Positions 14,383-26,655 of a stretch of DNA of 64,000 bases are shown here, in pieces. Position numbers and translations under genes: made by a program. This DNA comes from Squalus acanthias (Eukaryota). Position 1 is the stretch's first letter. Each line of letters opens with the position of its first letter. Location of the stretch: positions 153,762,001 through 153,826,000 of the forward strand of contig CM059431.1 of the NCBI GenBank assembly GCA_030390025.1, read 5' to 3'. Under the pieces are notes generated by a model. The model saw only the letters and a list, made by a program, of their open reading frames with translations. It did no database searches and was not told where the DNA came from.

Positions 14383-15448
14383 GTTGGTGTTATCCAAATC
14401 AAATTTTCCGTTGGAATAAGAAAGTTTTATTTAAGGTGAGAATTATATTTCATTCTTTTAAGGAATGTGGGCGTCACTGGCAAGACCAGCATTTATTGCC
14501 CATCCCTAGTTGCACTTGCGAAGTTGTTGGGTAACCGCTTTCCTGAAACGCTGCAGTCGATGTGGTGAAGGTAAACCCACAATGTTGTTGGAGAGGGAGT
14601 GCCATGTATTTGACACAGCGACAATGAAGGAAAGCGATATACTTTAAAGTTAAGATGGTGTGTGAGTTGGAGGGGTAAATGGAAGTAGTGGTGTTCCCAG
14701 GCGCCTGCTGCTCTTGTCCTTCTAGGTGGTAGATCTCGTGGATTTGGGAGGTACCGTCGAAGAAGACTTGACGAGTTCCCGCAGTGCCTCTTGTAGATGG
14801 AACATTCTGCAGCCACGATGTGGCTGTGGGGAAGGGACTGTATGCTACTAATTGATTCATGCTTGTATGAGTTTTATACTCGATTCCTTAAACGAACTTT
14901 GACACTGCCCGTTATAAATTTCATCTTGGACAGGGACCACTACTCCTATTCAAATTCACCCTTAGTTCCACGGCTCCGTGATGCCCACATTATCTGACCT
15001 ACTTTGATTCCTTATCCCATATTGATGATTTGTGAAAAGCTCCTGCTCATCCTATATGCCCTCCCCCACTTTATCTCTAAAGTCGTCTTCAAATCCCCTC
15101 TTTTGCACTCATGTCACTCCTCTCCCCTTGCTGTTGTCTCCAGTGTACAAGTTCATCTGCTCCGCACTCCAGACATAGAACGCATTCACACCGACTGGAA
15201 CTCAGTTCCTATGAGTTTCCATCTCTTCACGTCTTACTTATTTTAAGCATCGACCATATGTTGCAAGGCCTGGTTCGTTCTCTTATTTCCAGCAAAACAA
15301 CCTGCGTTAATTCTGAATTCCACCTGTGTAAGGCTCCACTGGCAGTGTCACCGCTAAACAACTGCTGTCGCGATAGCAGTTAGTTCACAGTATTCACTGT
15401 TTCATAGCGGGCATTTATGTTAATCTGTTCTCTTTTATAATTTCAAAG

Positions 15449-15618
15449 AAAATGCAGTTACTGAAATATCACTAACGTTGGCGAGCTACACGGATTTCCA
15501 GCTGCGCACAATTATCGTTTGCTACCGACACAGACTAGAACAGTCAATTGAAGATTTCGTGGAGGCCGTTAGTCAGTCGCTTGTAGATACAAACGTATTT
15601 ACTGAAACAGATCATAAG
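15449..15618 (+). CDS. CARD-like exon A copy 3
   Basis: Open, canonical ag/gt, 170 nt. Confidence 0.8.
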
Positions 15619-18600
15619 GTATGTTTCATATATGCTCCAGTGGTATGGAGTTAAATGAGTCAAACGATTGACTGTTTAGACAGACTTTGTTCTGTGCAAC
15701 CCAACTATATTAGCGGTACTTTATGCTGCACTTTATTTACTGAAATTATTGTCCAGTGCCAGTGTAATCAACATTTGAAGTACTCTTCTGAGATATCTCT
15801 CTGTTAAATTATTATTTCAGGAATTTTCAATGAATGTATTCATTATAAGAGAAGTTTCTCATGGACTAACAGAGATTTTTTAATGGCAGCCTTCTTGGCA
15901 CAATTATCGCCAGCTTCATCAATCTTCCTTCAAAAGCACAGAGTTGGGGCTGTTCCCTGATGATTGTACGGTGTTTAGTTCCATTCGCAAATCCTCAGAA
16001 AATGAAGCAGTCGAATCCCACACGCAGCATGACCTAGACAACATCCATGTTTAGGCCGATAAGGGGCAGGTAACATTTATGCTGCATAGTACCAGCTAGT
16101 GGCTACCTACAGATGGAGAACGTCTAACACATTGCCGTTGACATTCAATGGCTTTACCATAGGAGTTCTACCACAATGAGTGTCTCGGTGATCACCAGTA
16201 AAACCAGCTGTGAGAATTCACTGCCAAACTTCTTGCAGTTTCCGTAATTCCAGTAGCCAAGCCCCTCGAAATGAGTAATTGAATAAGACACAATGTGCAA
16301 CCTAAGGATCACGCATCATCATTAAAGCCACAAAAGGACAACCTGTAGATAGATCAGAACTGTAATAACCACATACGTCAAATCGCATGTGAATAAGTTA
16401 ACTGACACATACGAACTTAACAGTATGAATTTCCCTACGATCACGGACGAGATTTTCCGCCCATTCTCCATCAAAACGGCCGAGAATTTCCAATTGGATT
16501 GAGCCATTGACGGCGGATTTAAACAATTTCTGCTGAACATATCCAATTCGTTTCTCTATTCTGCTTCTTGCTAAGTCCCGCCCTTACTTTGGTCTAATGC
16601 TCAGGGACATCATCAAACCCGGCCTCTCCCGAGGCCACATCCTCTCACCTCATGAATGCCAGAATATCCAATTTCTTAAAGAAACCTAGACTAATCTATG
16701 ATGTTTATCTGCTCCATTTCTTCAATACCTCCTCACTTATGTAACATAAACGTAATGCAACATAGTTTTGTGAATAAAGCTTGTGAGTTCAATGAACACT
16801 TTGTCTGATGGTATGACATAATGATTTGATCAGCGTGGCTTATATAACGGCTGGATTGGGAAATGAAGTGCCCTGTTACCAGAAGATCATGGTAACTTAA
16901 GTTGTATGCCAAAAAGGGAGCAGTCATTAATAACAGATTCATTTGCCGCATTGGAACTTCAGGCCTGATATAAGGAATGATTCAAAATATAAATCTATAA
17001 GTTTGGGGTAACACAATAATAATGGAACACTTTGTCAATAAGGCATTCGTTGTTGTACATAAATTGTGGGAAAGGGATAGGCGAAGAGTTATATAGACAG
17101 ATTGGAGAAAATGCAGCAATAACAGTAACGGTGATTGGTGACTTTAAATATCGCAAGAACAGAAGTAACATAAGTGGGGAGGGAGGCCAGGAATCTGAAG
17201 CTTTGCCAGGACAATATTCAGATAGGTACCATTTTAGGACAACAAGAAAGGATTGAGCATTTGATCCATTTCTAAAAATTGACAGCGGATACTCACTGAG
17301 GTAAGTCTAGTGAAACATTCACCAATTATATCGTTAGTAATCATATGAATTAGAAAATGTTACGTTAAAATCAAAACAATAAATATGTTAAAGGAAAATA
17401 TATAATTTCAACGCGGCTAAAATATTAGCTCAGTTATATTGAGGCAGATATGATCAGATAATATCGTGGTGAGGCAATAGAAAGATAGACAATAGAAGTT
17501 TACCATACAAGGTACACAAAGCACACGTGAATGAAAGGAGTGCAGCACAAACTAGAATTACTTGAGCGCGCATAGAAAATGAAATAAAGAACAGAATTTA
17601 CAATTGAATGTAGGAGTGTAGGGCTAGTTTTTAAAACAAACGAAGGACGTGTTGGTAATATAGTGATTATATATAATAGATGAATGTGTGCCCGATGACA
17701 GAGTTCAGTTAATGATCACATTCCGTATAAACTTCAAAGAAAATAGTTACAACAATAACAGAGCTGCTCAGAGATGAAAAGGGAATGTTTCATATAGATG
17801 ACGAGGGATTAACTGAAAACTATTAGTACTGCTTCGATGAATGAAAGTGATACTTGGAATGAGTGAAAAACTCATTGAAGTCAATTGAAAAGAAAGTCAT
17901 ACGCGAGTAAAACGGGCCGCCGATTCGATTCAGAGCGTTTGGCCAGGTTGGTCAAAACTGGCCAACACCTTGTGACCCATTATTTATGGTTGTCAACTTG
18001 TGCAATCTGAGCTTCTAAAAACCAAGCTGTGCGCTTTCAAAACGATTATTGTCCTTAACAACGAATAATTATTGATTTGATCGGATCCCATACCTGTAAT
18101 CTTAAGTTTGTGCTTTGTTTTGCACTTGACCCTTTTCCATCAATCAACTGCTGGTTATAATGAGAGAAAGTCCAGTCGCCGTGGGTGTCTCAAAGCTGAT
18201 CCTTTCTATCACTTTCACCTCTTCCAATCCTACAACCTGTAAGATCCAGGCGCTGGTCCAGTTCTGGCCTCTTGTGCATCCCCCATTTTCATCGCTGCAC
18301 CATTCCTTCAGCGGTTTAGACCCTAAGCTCTGGAATTCCCTCCAGAAACGAACATGAATCTCTAACTCTCTCTTCTGTTAGACTCTCTTTAAATCTACTC
18401 TGTGACCAAGCTTTGGTCACCTGTCCTAATATCTTCCTCTGAAGCTTGGTGTTACATTTTGTTTGATAACACTTCCTTTGCAACGCTTTGGGACGTATTA
18501 CTGCGCTAGTTCTTGTTCTTTCTTTTTAATTCTCATTGCAGGCACGCCTCCTGTCTGACTAATGGCGTTATTTCCTTTTATTCGCTTATGGGATCTGGGC

Positions 18601-18772
18601 GTCGCTGGCAAGGACAGCATTTATTGCTCATCCCTTAATTCTTTGCTGCATTAACTCCCGATTCTGAGCGTTTCATCTCTCTCCTAAGGAAAGCTAGAAA
18701 TAGAAAAGACGATTCTTATCCGAGTTTGTACATTACTTCTATATATATGATTGCAATATACATTCTTGTTAG

Positions 18773-18971
18773 TAAATCAGATCCCGAGTTGAATGTCACC
18801 GCAGAAGCGATGCTTCCCAACTCATGTTCGGTACCGTGCTGAAAAAGGGAGCTCGGGGAGAAAGAACAATGTGGAACATATTGCTTCAACTGCAGAACAC
18901 CAAACCCAAGCTGAAAATTACATTGTCAGAGATACAGAACAGATGTACAGCTGGAAAAAGTGAGCTAGGAG
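18773..18971 (+). pseudogene. CARD-like exon B copy 4; first codon GAA>TAA
   Basis: ttgttag|TAAATCAGA; remainder is open and homologous to copy 1. Confidence 0.75.
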
Positions 18972-19152
18972 GTTAGTGGTATCCAAATCTAATTCTCCGT
19001 TAGAATAACAACGTTTTATTTCAGATGAGACCTATTTTTTACTCGTTTATGTGATGTGGGCGTCGCTACCAAGGTTAGCATTTATTACCCATCCCTAGTT
19101 GCCCTTGAGAAGGTGGTGGTTCGCCGCATTCCTGAAACGCTGCAGTCCATGC

Positions 19153-20818
19153 ATTGGTAATAATTTTTCAAAACTCCCTGGATTCCGCTAAGGTCCCGGC
19201 AGACTGGAAAACTGCTAATGTAACACCCTTATTTAAAAAGGGCAGTAGACAGAAGGCTGGTAACTATAGACCGGTTAGCCTAACATCTGTGGTAGGTAAA
19301 ATTTTGGAGTCCATTATTAAGGAAACAGTAACAGGACATTTGGATAATCATAATTTAATAGGACAAAGTCAGCATGGTTTTACGAAGGGGAAGTCATGTT
19401 TGACAAATTTGCTGGAGTTCTTTGAGGAAGTAACATATAGAGTGGATAAAGGGGAACCAGTGGACGTAGTGTATTTAGACTTCCAAAAGGCATTTGACAA
19501 GGTGCCACATAAAAGATTATTGCTTAAGGTAAAAAATCACGGAATTGGGGGTAATATTCTGGCATGGATAGAGGATTGGCTATCTAACAGAAAGCAAAGA
19601 GTTGGGATAAATGGTTCATTCTCAGACTGGCAATCAGTAACTAGTGGTGTTCCACAGGGGTCAGTGCTGGGTCCCCAACTCTTCACAATCTATATTAACG
19701 ATTTGGAGGAAGGGACCAAGTGTAACATATCAAAATTTGCAGATGATACAAAGATGGGAGGGAAAGTAGTGAATGAGGAGGACATAAAAAACCTGCAAGG
19801 GGACATAGACAGGCTAAGTAAGTGGGCAGAGATTTGGCAGATGGAATACAACACTGGAAAGTGTGAGGTGATGCACTTTGGCAGGAAAAATCCTAGAGCA
19901 ATTTATTATCTTAATGGCAAGAAACTGGAGAGTACTGAAGTGCAAAGGGATCTGGGGGTCCTGGTGCACGAAACTCAAAAGGTTAGTATGCAGGTGCAGC
20001 AAGTGATTAAGAAGGCAAATGGAATGTTGGCTTTCATTGCTAGGGGGATAGAATATAAAAATAGGGAGGTATTGCTTCAGTTGTACAAGGTATTGGTGAG
20101 ACCGCACCTGGAATACTGCATACAGTTTTGGTGTCCTTACTTAAGGAAAGACATCCTTGCTCTCGAGGCAGTGCAAAAAAGGTTCATTCGGTTAATCCCG
20201 GGGATGAGGGGGTGGTCATATGAGGAGAGGTTGGGTAGATTGGGACTCTACTCATTGGAGTTCAGAAGAATGAGAGGCGATCTTATTGAAACATATAAGA
20301 TTGTGAAGGGGTTGGATCGGGTGGATGCGGGGAGGATGTTCCCGATGACGGGTGAGACGAGAACTAGGGGACATAGTCTTAGAATAAGGGGCTGCTCTTT
20401 CAAAACTGAGATGAGGAGGAACTACTTCACTCAGAGGGTGGTAGGTCCATGGAATATGCTGCCACAAAAAGCTGTAGAAGCTACAACATTAATTAAATTT
20501 AAAACAGAAATAGACAGTTTCCTAGAAGTAAAGGGCATTAAGGGTTACGGGGAGCGGGCAGGAATTTGGACATGAGTCTAGGTTCGGATCGGTCATGGCC
20601 CTGTGGGTAGTGGAGCGGGCCCAGGGACTGTGTAGCCTGATTCTGCTCCTATTTCGTGTGTGCAATTCTGTTAGTTGCAGGAGATGGTTCTGTGATAGAT
20701 AGTAGATTGGCGGTTAGGATCAGATCAGCCATGATCTTATTGAATGGCGGAGCAGGCTCGAGGGGCCGATTGGCCTACTCCTGCTCCTATTTCTTATGTT
20801 CTTATGTTCTTATGTTCT
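19153..20818 (+). mobile_element. Young 5'-truncated CR1 LINE with uninterrupted RT ORF
   Basis: 473-aa ORF 19154-20575 (NYRPVSLTS, LDFQKAFDKV, GVPQGSVLGP, FADD); (TTCTTATG)n tail; absent from the paralogous position at ~640. Confidence 0.95.
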
Positions 20819-21676
20819 CCCACCATGCTGTTGGGGAGGCAGTGCCATGCGACAATGAATGAACGGCGGTATCCTGCCAAGAGAGGATGGTGTGTGTCTT
20901 GAAGGGGAACTTGGAAGCGTTCGTGTTCCCAAGCGTCTGATACTCTTGCCCTTCTACTTGGTAGAGCTCGTGGGTTTCGGAGGTACTCGCGAAGAAGCCT
21001 TGACCAGTTCCTGCAGTACATTTTGTAGATGGTCCACTCTGCAGCCACTGTGTGGCAGTGGGGAAGGGACTGGATGCTACTAATTTATGCAGGCTTGTGT
21101 GAGTTTTATACTCGATTCCTTGAACGAACTTATAAATTTCGGCTTGGCAGAGCTCCACTAATCCTATGCAAATTCACCTTTTTTTCCACGGATCCGTGAT
21201 ACCCTCATTAACTGAACTACTTTGATTCCTTAAAGCACATTGATCATTTGTGAAAGGCTCCTACTCATCCTCAAATCTCTCGCCTATCTTATCTCTGAAG
21301 TCGTCTTCACATCCCGTCTTTTGCACTCCAGTCCCTCCTCTCCCTTGCTGTGCTCTCCATTGTACCAGTTCATCAGCTCCGAACTCCAGACATACAACTC
21401 ATCCCCACCGAATGGAACACAGCTCATATGAGCTTCAAACTCTGTAGTTCTTACTTATTTAAACAACGACCACACTTAGCCAGGACTGGGTTGTTTCTCT
21501 TAACTCCAGCAGAACAGTCAGCGTTAATTCTGAATACAACCTCTGAAAGGAACCACTAACAGTGTTCACTGCTTGAAATACTCTCGAAAGAACTTCTGTC
21601 GCGATAGCCGTTAGTTCAGAGTATTCACTTGTTCCATAGCATTTATGTTAATCTGTTCTCATTTACACCTTCACAG

Positions 21677-21846
21677 AAAATGCAGATAATGAAATATTAC
21701 CAACGTTGGCGAACTACACGGATTTCCAGCTGCGCAGAGTTATCGGTTGCTACCGTCAGAGACTAGAACAGTCAATTGAAGAGGTAGTGGAGGCCGTTAG
21801 TCAGTCGCTTGTAGATGCAAACATGCTTACTGAAACAAATGGTAAG
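21677..21846 (+). CDS. CARD-like exon A copy 4
   Basis: cacag|AAAATGCA...AAG|gtatgt; open. Confidence 0.8.
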
Positions 21847-21930
21847 GTATGTTTAATCTATGTTGGAATCGTAAAGTTTTAAATGAGTCAAACGATTGAC
21901 TGTTTATAGTCATAGAATCAGAGAGTCTGA

Positions 21931-22693
21931 GGCCCAGAAATTGGAGTTCGATGGTTGCCGCGGGGTTAAGGCTCCCCCGCGATATCACACTCCGCGCCTA
22001 CTTTTATGGTTTTGGCCCACACGAACTTCAGTTCCTGGGCCTCTCCCTGGTGCCGGCGCGCAGTGTGTGCGTGTCGCAGAGGCGCAGCTAATTCGATGCG
22101 ACCTCTGGGATCACGTGGGCCAGTTAGAACCAATGGCAGCACACCATCTTTCATTCATAGTTTTGACAGCAAGAGCTGTCAAAACTATGAATACAACAAG
22201 CCCCCAAAAGAACAGCTAAACCTCAATTAAATTTTAAAAAAGCCTTCACATTAATAAAATAACTATAGTTAAATAAATTAACCACTTTAAAAAAAAATTA
22301 AATTTTTTAAAAAAATTTAAATTCTTTGTAAACGTTATAAAAATCAAGTTACCTTTCTTTATATTCTCTAAAAAAGATAAACCTGTTGAATTTTTTTTAA
22401 ATAATACTTAATTAACTAATTACCTTGTTAAAAGGGGGTCTTACGCCTGCTTTCTTTATGTGTGAAATATTCAACACTTAACTGCGCTTTCAAATCAGAA
22501 AAAAAAACTAAGTGCGCTGCGTGCGCACAACCTGTAGCACGCACCCGGTTCACTTAGGAACCGCCCCCTTCGCAATACCCGAAGTGCCGGTTTCCCGCGC
22601 ATGCGCAATGCATGCATCAAACCGGCAATTCGGGACCAAATACGTGAGAGTACACAGTGCGTACTCACCCGCATTAGGTCTAATTTTCGGGCC
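21931..22693. mobile_element. TIR MITE, duplicate of 1780-2543
   Basis: GGCCCAGAAATT...AATTTTCGGGCC termini; same site in the CR1 tail as copy 1. Confidence 0.75.
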
Positions 22694-25600
22694 ATTGAGT
22701 TGACAACACGGAAAGAGGCCCTACGGCCCATCGTGTCCGGCGCCGAATATCAAGCCCTGTCTATTCTGATCCCATTTTGCAGCACTTGGTCCGTATCCTT
22801 GTATGCTTTGGCGTTTCAAGTGCTCATCTAAATGCTTCTTGAAAGTTGTGAAGGCTCCTGCCTCTACCACCCTTTCAGGCAGTGAGTTCCAGATTCCATC
22901 CACCCTCTGGGTGAAAAACTTTTTCCTCAAATCCCCTCTAAACCTCCTGCCCCTTTCCTTGAAACTGTGCCCGCTTGTTACTGACCCCTCGACTAAGGGA
23001 AAAAGTTCATTTCTACCTACCCTATCTATGTCCCTCATAATTTTGTACACCTCCATCAGGTCCCCCCTCAGCCTTCTCTGCTATAAGGAAAACATCCCAG
23101 CCTGTCCAGTCTCTCTTCTTAGCTGTAGCGCTGCTACGCAGGTAATATCCTGGTGAATCTGCTCTGCACCCTCTCCAATGCAATCACATCCTTCCTATAG
23201 TGTGGCGACCAGAACTGCACACAGCATTCCAGCTGTGGCCTAACTAGCGTTTTGTACAGATCCATCATAACCTCCCTGCTGTTATATTCTATGCCTTGTC
23301 TAACGAAGGCAAGTATCCCATATTTCTTCTTAACCAGCTTATCTACCTGTCCTGCTGCATTCAGGGATCTATATCCATGCACACGAAGTTCCTTCTGATC
23401 CTTTGTAATTCCTAAGGTCCTACCATACATTGTCTATTCCCTTGCCTTTTTAGTCCTCCCAAAATGCATCACCTCACACTTTTCAGGGTTAAATTCCACT
23501 GTTCTGCCCATCTGACCAACCCGTCTATATCGTGATGTAGCCTAAGTCTTCCCTCCTCCCTATTTACCACGCCACCAATTTTCGTGTCATCAGCGAACTT
23601 ACTGATCATACCTCCTACATTCATATCTAAATCATTAATGTACACTGCAAACAGCAAAGGACCCAGCACCGATCCCTGCGGTACACCACTGGGCACAGGC
23701 TTCCAGTCTCAAAAACAACCTTCGATCATCACCCTCTGCCTCCTTCCACGAAGCCAATTTTGGTTTAAATGTGCCCAGTTGCCCTGGATCCCATGGGCTC
23801 TTACCTTCTTGATCAGGCTCCAATGCGGGACTGTTTCAAAGCCTTACTGAAGTCCATGTAGCCACATCAACTGCACTACCTTCATCCACACACATAGTCA
23901 CCCCCTCGAAAATCTAATCAAATTGATCAGACATCATCTCCCCCTGAATAATCCATGCTGACTATCCTTGATTTTTCCTTGCCTCTTCAAGTGGAGACTA
24001 ATACTGTTCCTCCGAATGTTTTCCAATAATTTCCCTACAACTGATGTTAGGCTCACTAGACTATAATTACCTGGTTAATCCCTACTACCCTTCTTGAATA
24101 ATGGTACTACGTTAGCTGTTCTCGAGTCCTCTGGCACATCTCCTGTGGCCAGAGAGGTTCTGAAAAGTTGTGTCATAGCCCCTGCAATCTCCTCCCTTGC
24201 CTCACACAGCAGCCTGCGATACATCTCGTCTGGGCCTGGGGATTTATCCACTTCTAAGCCAGCTAAAACCGCTAGTACCTCCTCCATCTAAAAACTAATT
24301 TGATAAGTATATCACAATCCCCCTGTCTGATTAATATGACTACATCGTCCTTCTCCATAGTGAACACAGATTCAAAACATTCATTTAAAACACCACCTAC
24401 ATCTTCTGGCTCGACACACGGATTGCCTCTTTGGTCCCTAATGGGCCCTACTCTTTCCCTGGTAATCCTCTTGCCCTTAATATATATATAACACACCTTA
24501 GGATTTTCCTTTATTTTGCCCGCCAGTGTTAATTCATGCACCCTCTTCACTCTGCTAATTTCTTTTTTTCAGTACCCACCTGCACTTTCTATACTCCTCT
24601 CGGGCTTCCACTGTTATTAGACATTTGTATCTGCCAAAATACTTCCTTTTTTCCGACTCCATTCTCGTATATCCCTTGACATCCACAGTTCCCTTGGCTT
24701 GTTGGTCCCACCCTTGACCTTTACGGGAACATGTTGCCGTTGTACTCTCTCGATTTCCTTTCTGAAAGAATCCCACTGCTCTGATGTGGATTTTCCTACA
24801 AGTAGCTGATCCCAGTCCACTTCGGCCAGATCCTGCATTATCATATTAAAATCGGCCTTCCCCCAATTTTGAACATTTATTTCCAGTTATCTTTGTCCTT
24901 TTCCATGACTGCCTTAAATCTCACCGAATTATGGACACTGTCACCAAAATGCTCTCGTATTAACAGTTCCACCACTTACCCGGCTACATTTCCTAAAATT
25001 AGTTCCAGTATCGCCCCCTCTCTTGTAGGACTTTCTACATGCTTGCTCAAAAAGCTGTCATGGAAGCACTTTAAGAATTTCGCACCCTCTAAGCCTTTCA
25101 CACTCTCACTATCCCAGTTTATATTGGGGACGTTGAAATCTCCTACTATTTGTACCTATTATTTCTACACTTCTCTGAGATTTGCCCACATATCTATTCC
25201 TCTATCTCCCCTGACTGTTTGGGGGACTATGGTACACTCCCAGCAAAGTGCTTGCCCCCTTTTTGTTTTTAAGTTCTACCCATACGGCCTCATTAGAGGA
25301 ACGTGCTAAGATATCATCCCTCCTTAAAGCAGTAATTGACTCCTTGATTAATATTGCGACACCCACTCCTCTTTTTCACCCCCCTCTGTCTCGCCTGAAG
25401 ATTCTATACCCCGGAATATTGAGCTGCCAGTCCTGCCCCTCCATCAACCATCTCTCTGTGAAAGCAACAACATAATACTCCCATGTGTTCATCAACACAT
25501 TCAATTCATCTACCTGACTCGCAAGACTACTTGCATTATTGGTTTGAATCAAAAGAGTAAGACTACTTGCATTTAAATAAATGCCATCTCGCCTTGCCAT

Positions 25601-26655
25601 ACTCCATTGTGCCGTTATATAATTGATCTGCCTATCAGGCTGACTTGCTTTTTCCTCAAAAGTTGGCTGTGCATCACCCCCTACTAACCTTCCACTCCGT
25701 ATCCCATCCTTATGCCAAGTTATTTTAAAACCCCGCAACAGTATTGCAAATCTCCCCGCAATGATGTTGGTCCCGTTCCGGTTAAAGTGTAACCCGTCCG
25801 ACTTGTTCAGGCCACACCTTCCCCATAAGCAGACCCAGTGATTCAGGAAACTAAAGCACTCCGTCGTGCACCAAACCTTTAGCCACACATTCATCTGCTC
25901 TATCCTCCTATTCCTATACTCACTAGCACGTGGCACCGGGAGTAATCCAGAGATTACTACCTTTGATGTCATGCTTTTTAAATCTGCTACCTAGCTCCCT
26001 AAATTCTTTTTGCAGAACCTCATCCATCTTTCTACCAACGTCGTTGGTACCAATGTGAACCAGGACCTCTGACAGTTCGCCTTCCCCCATCAGAATGCCC
26101 TGCAGACGTTCAGTGACATTCTTGACCCTGGTAACAGGGAGGCAACAAAGCATCCTGGAGTCACGTCTGTGGCCAGAGAAACGTCTGTCTGTTCCCCTAA
26201 GGATAGAATCCCCTATCACTATTGCTCTCCCACTCTTTTTCCTCCCCTCCTGTGCAGCTGATCCACTCGTAGTGCCACCGACTTGCCTCCTGCTGCATTC
26301 TCCTGTGAAACCATCTCCCCCATCAGTATCCCAAACGGACCATCTGTCGGACAGGGAGATGAACCCAGGGGACTTCTGCACTACCTTCCTAGTTATTTTA
26401 CTATGTCTGATGGTCACCCATTCCCTACCTGCCTGTGCACTCTTTACCTGCGGTGTGACCACCTTGTTAAACGTGCTATCCACGAAGATCTCAGCTTCGC
26501 GGATTCTCCACAGTGACTCCAGCCGCAGCTCCAGCTCCGAAACGCGGATTTCGAGAAGCTGCAGCTGGAGATACTTCATGCACATGTGCTCGCCCTGGGC
26601 ACCTAATGTGTCCCTGACTTCCAACATAGCTCAGGAGGAGAACTCCACGCTGTTT
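22694..26655 (-). mobile_element. Degenerate CR1 LINE, segmental duplicate of 2544-6452
   Basis: Colinear homologous ORF fragments with the same junctions relative to exon A. Confidence 0.93.

Noticed and set aside
19154..20575. RT ORF as a bacterial retron or group II intron defence system
   Set aside because: Motifs, 3' microsatellite tail and spliceosomal context identify a eukaryotic CR1 LINE
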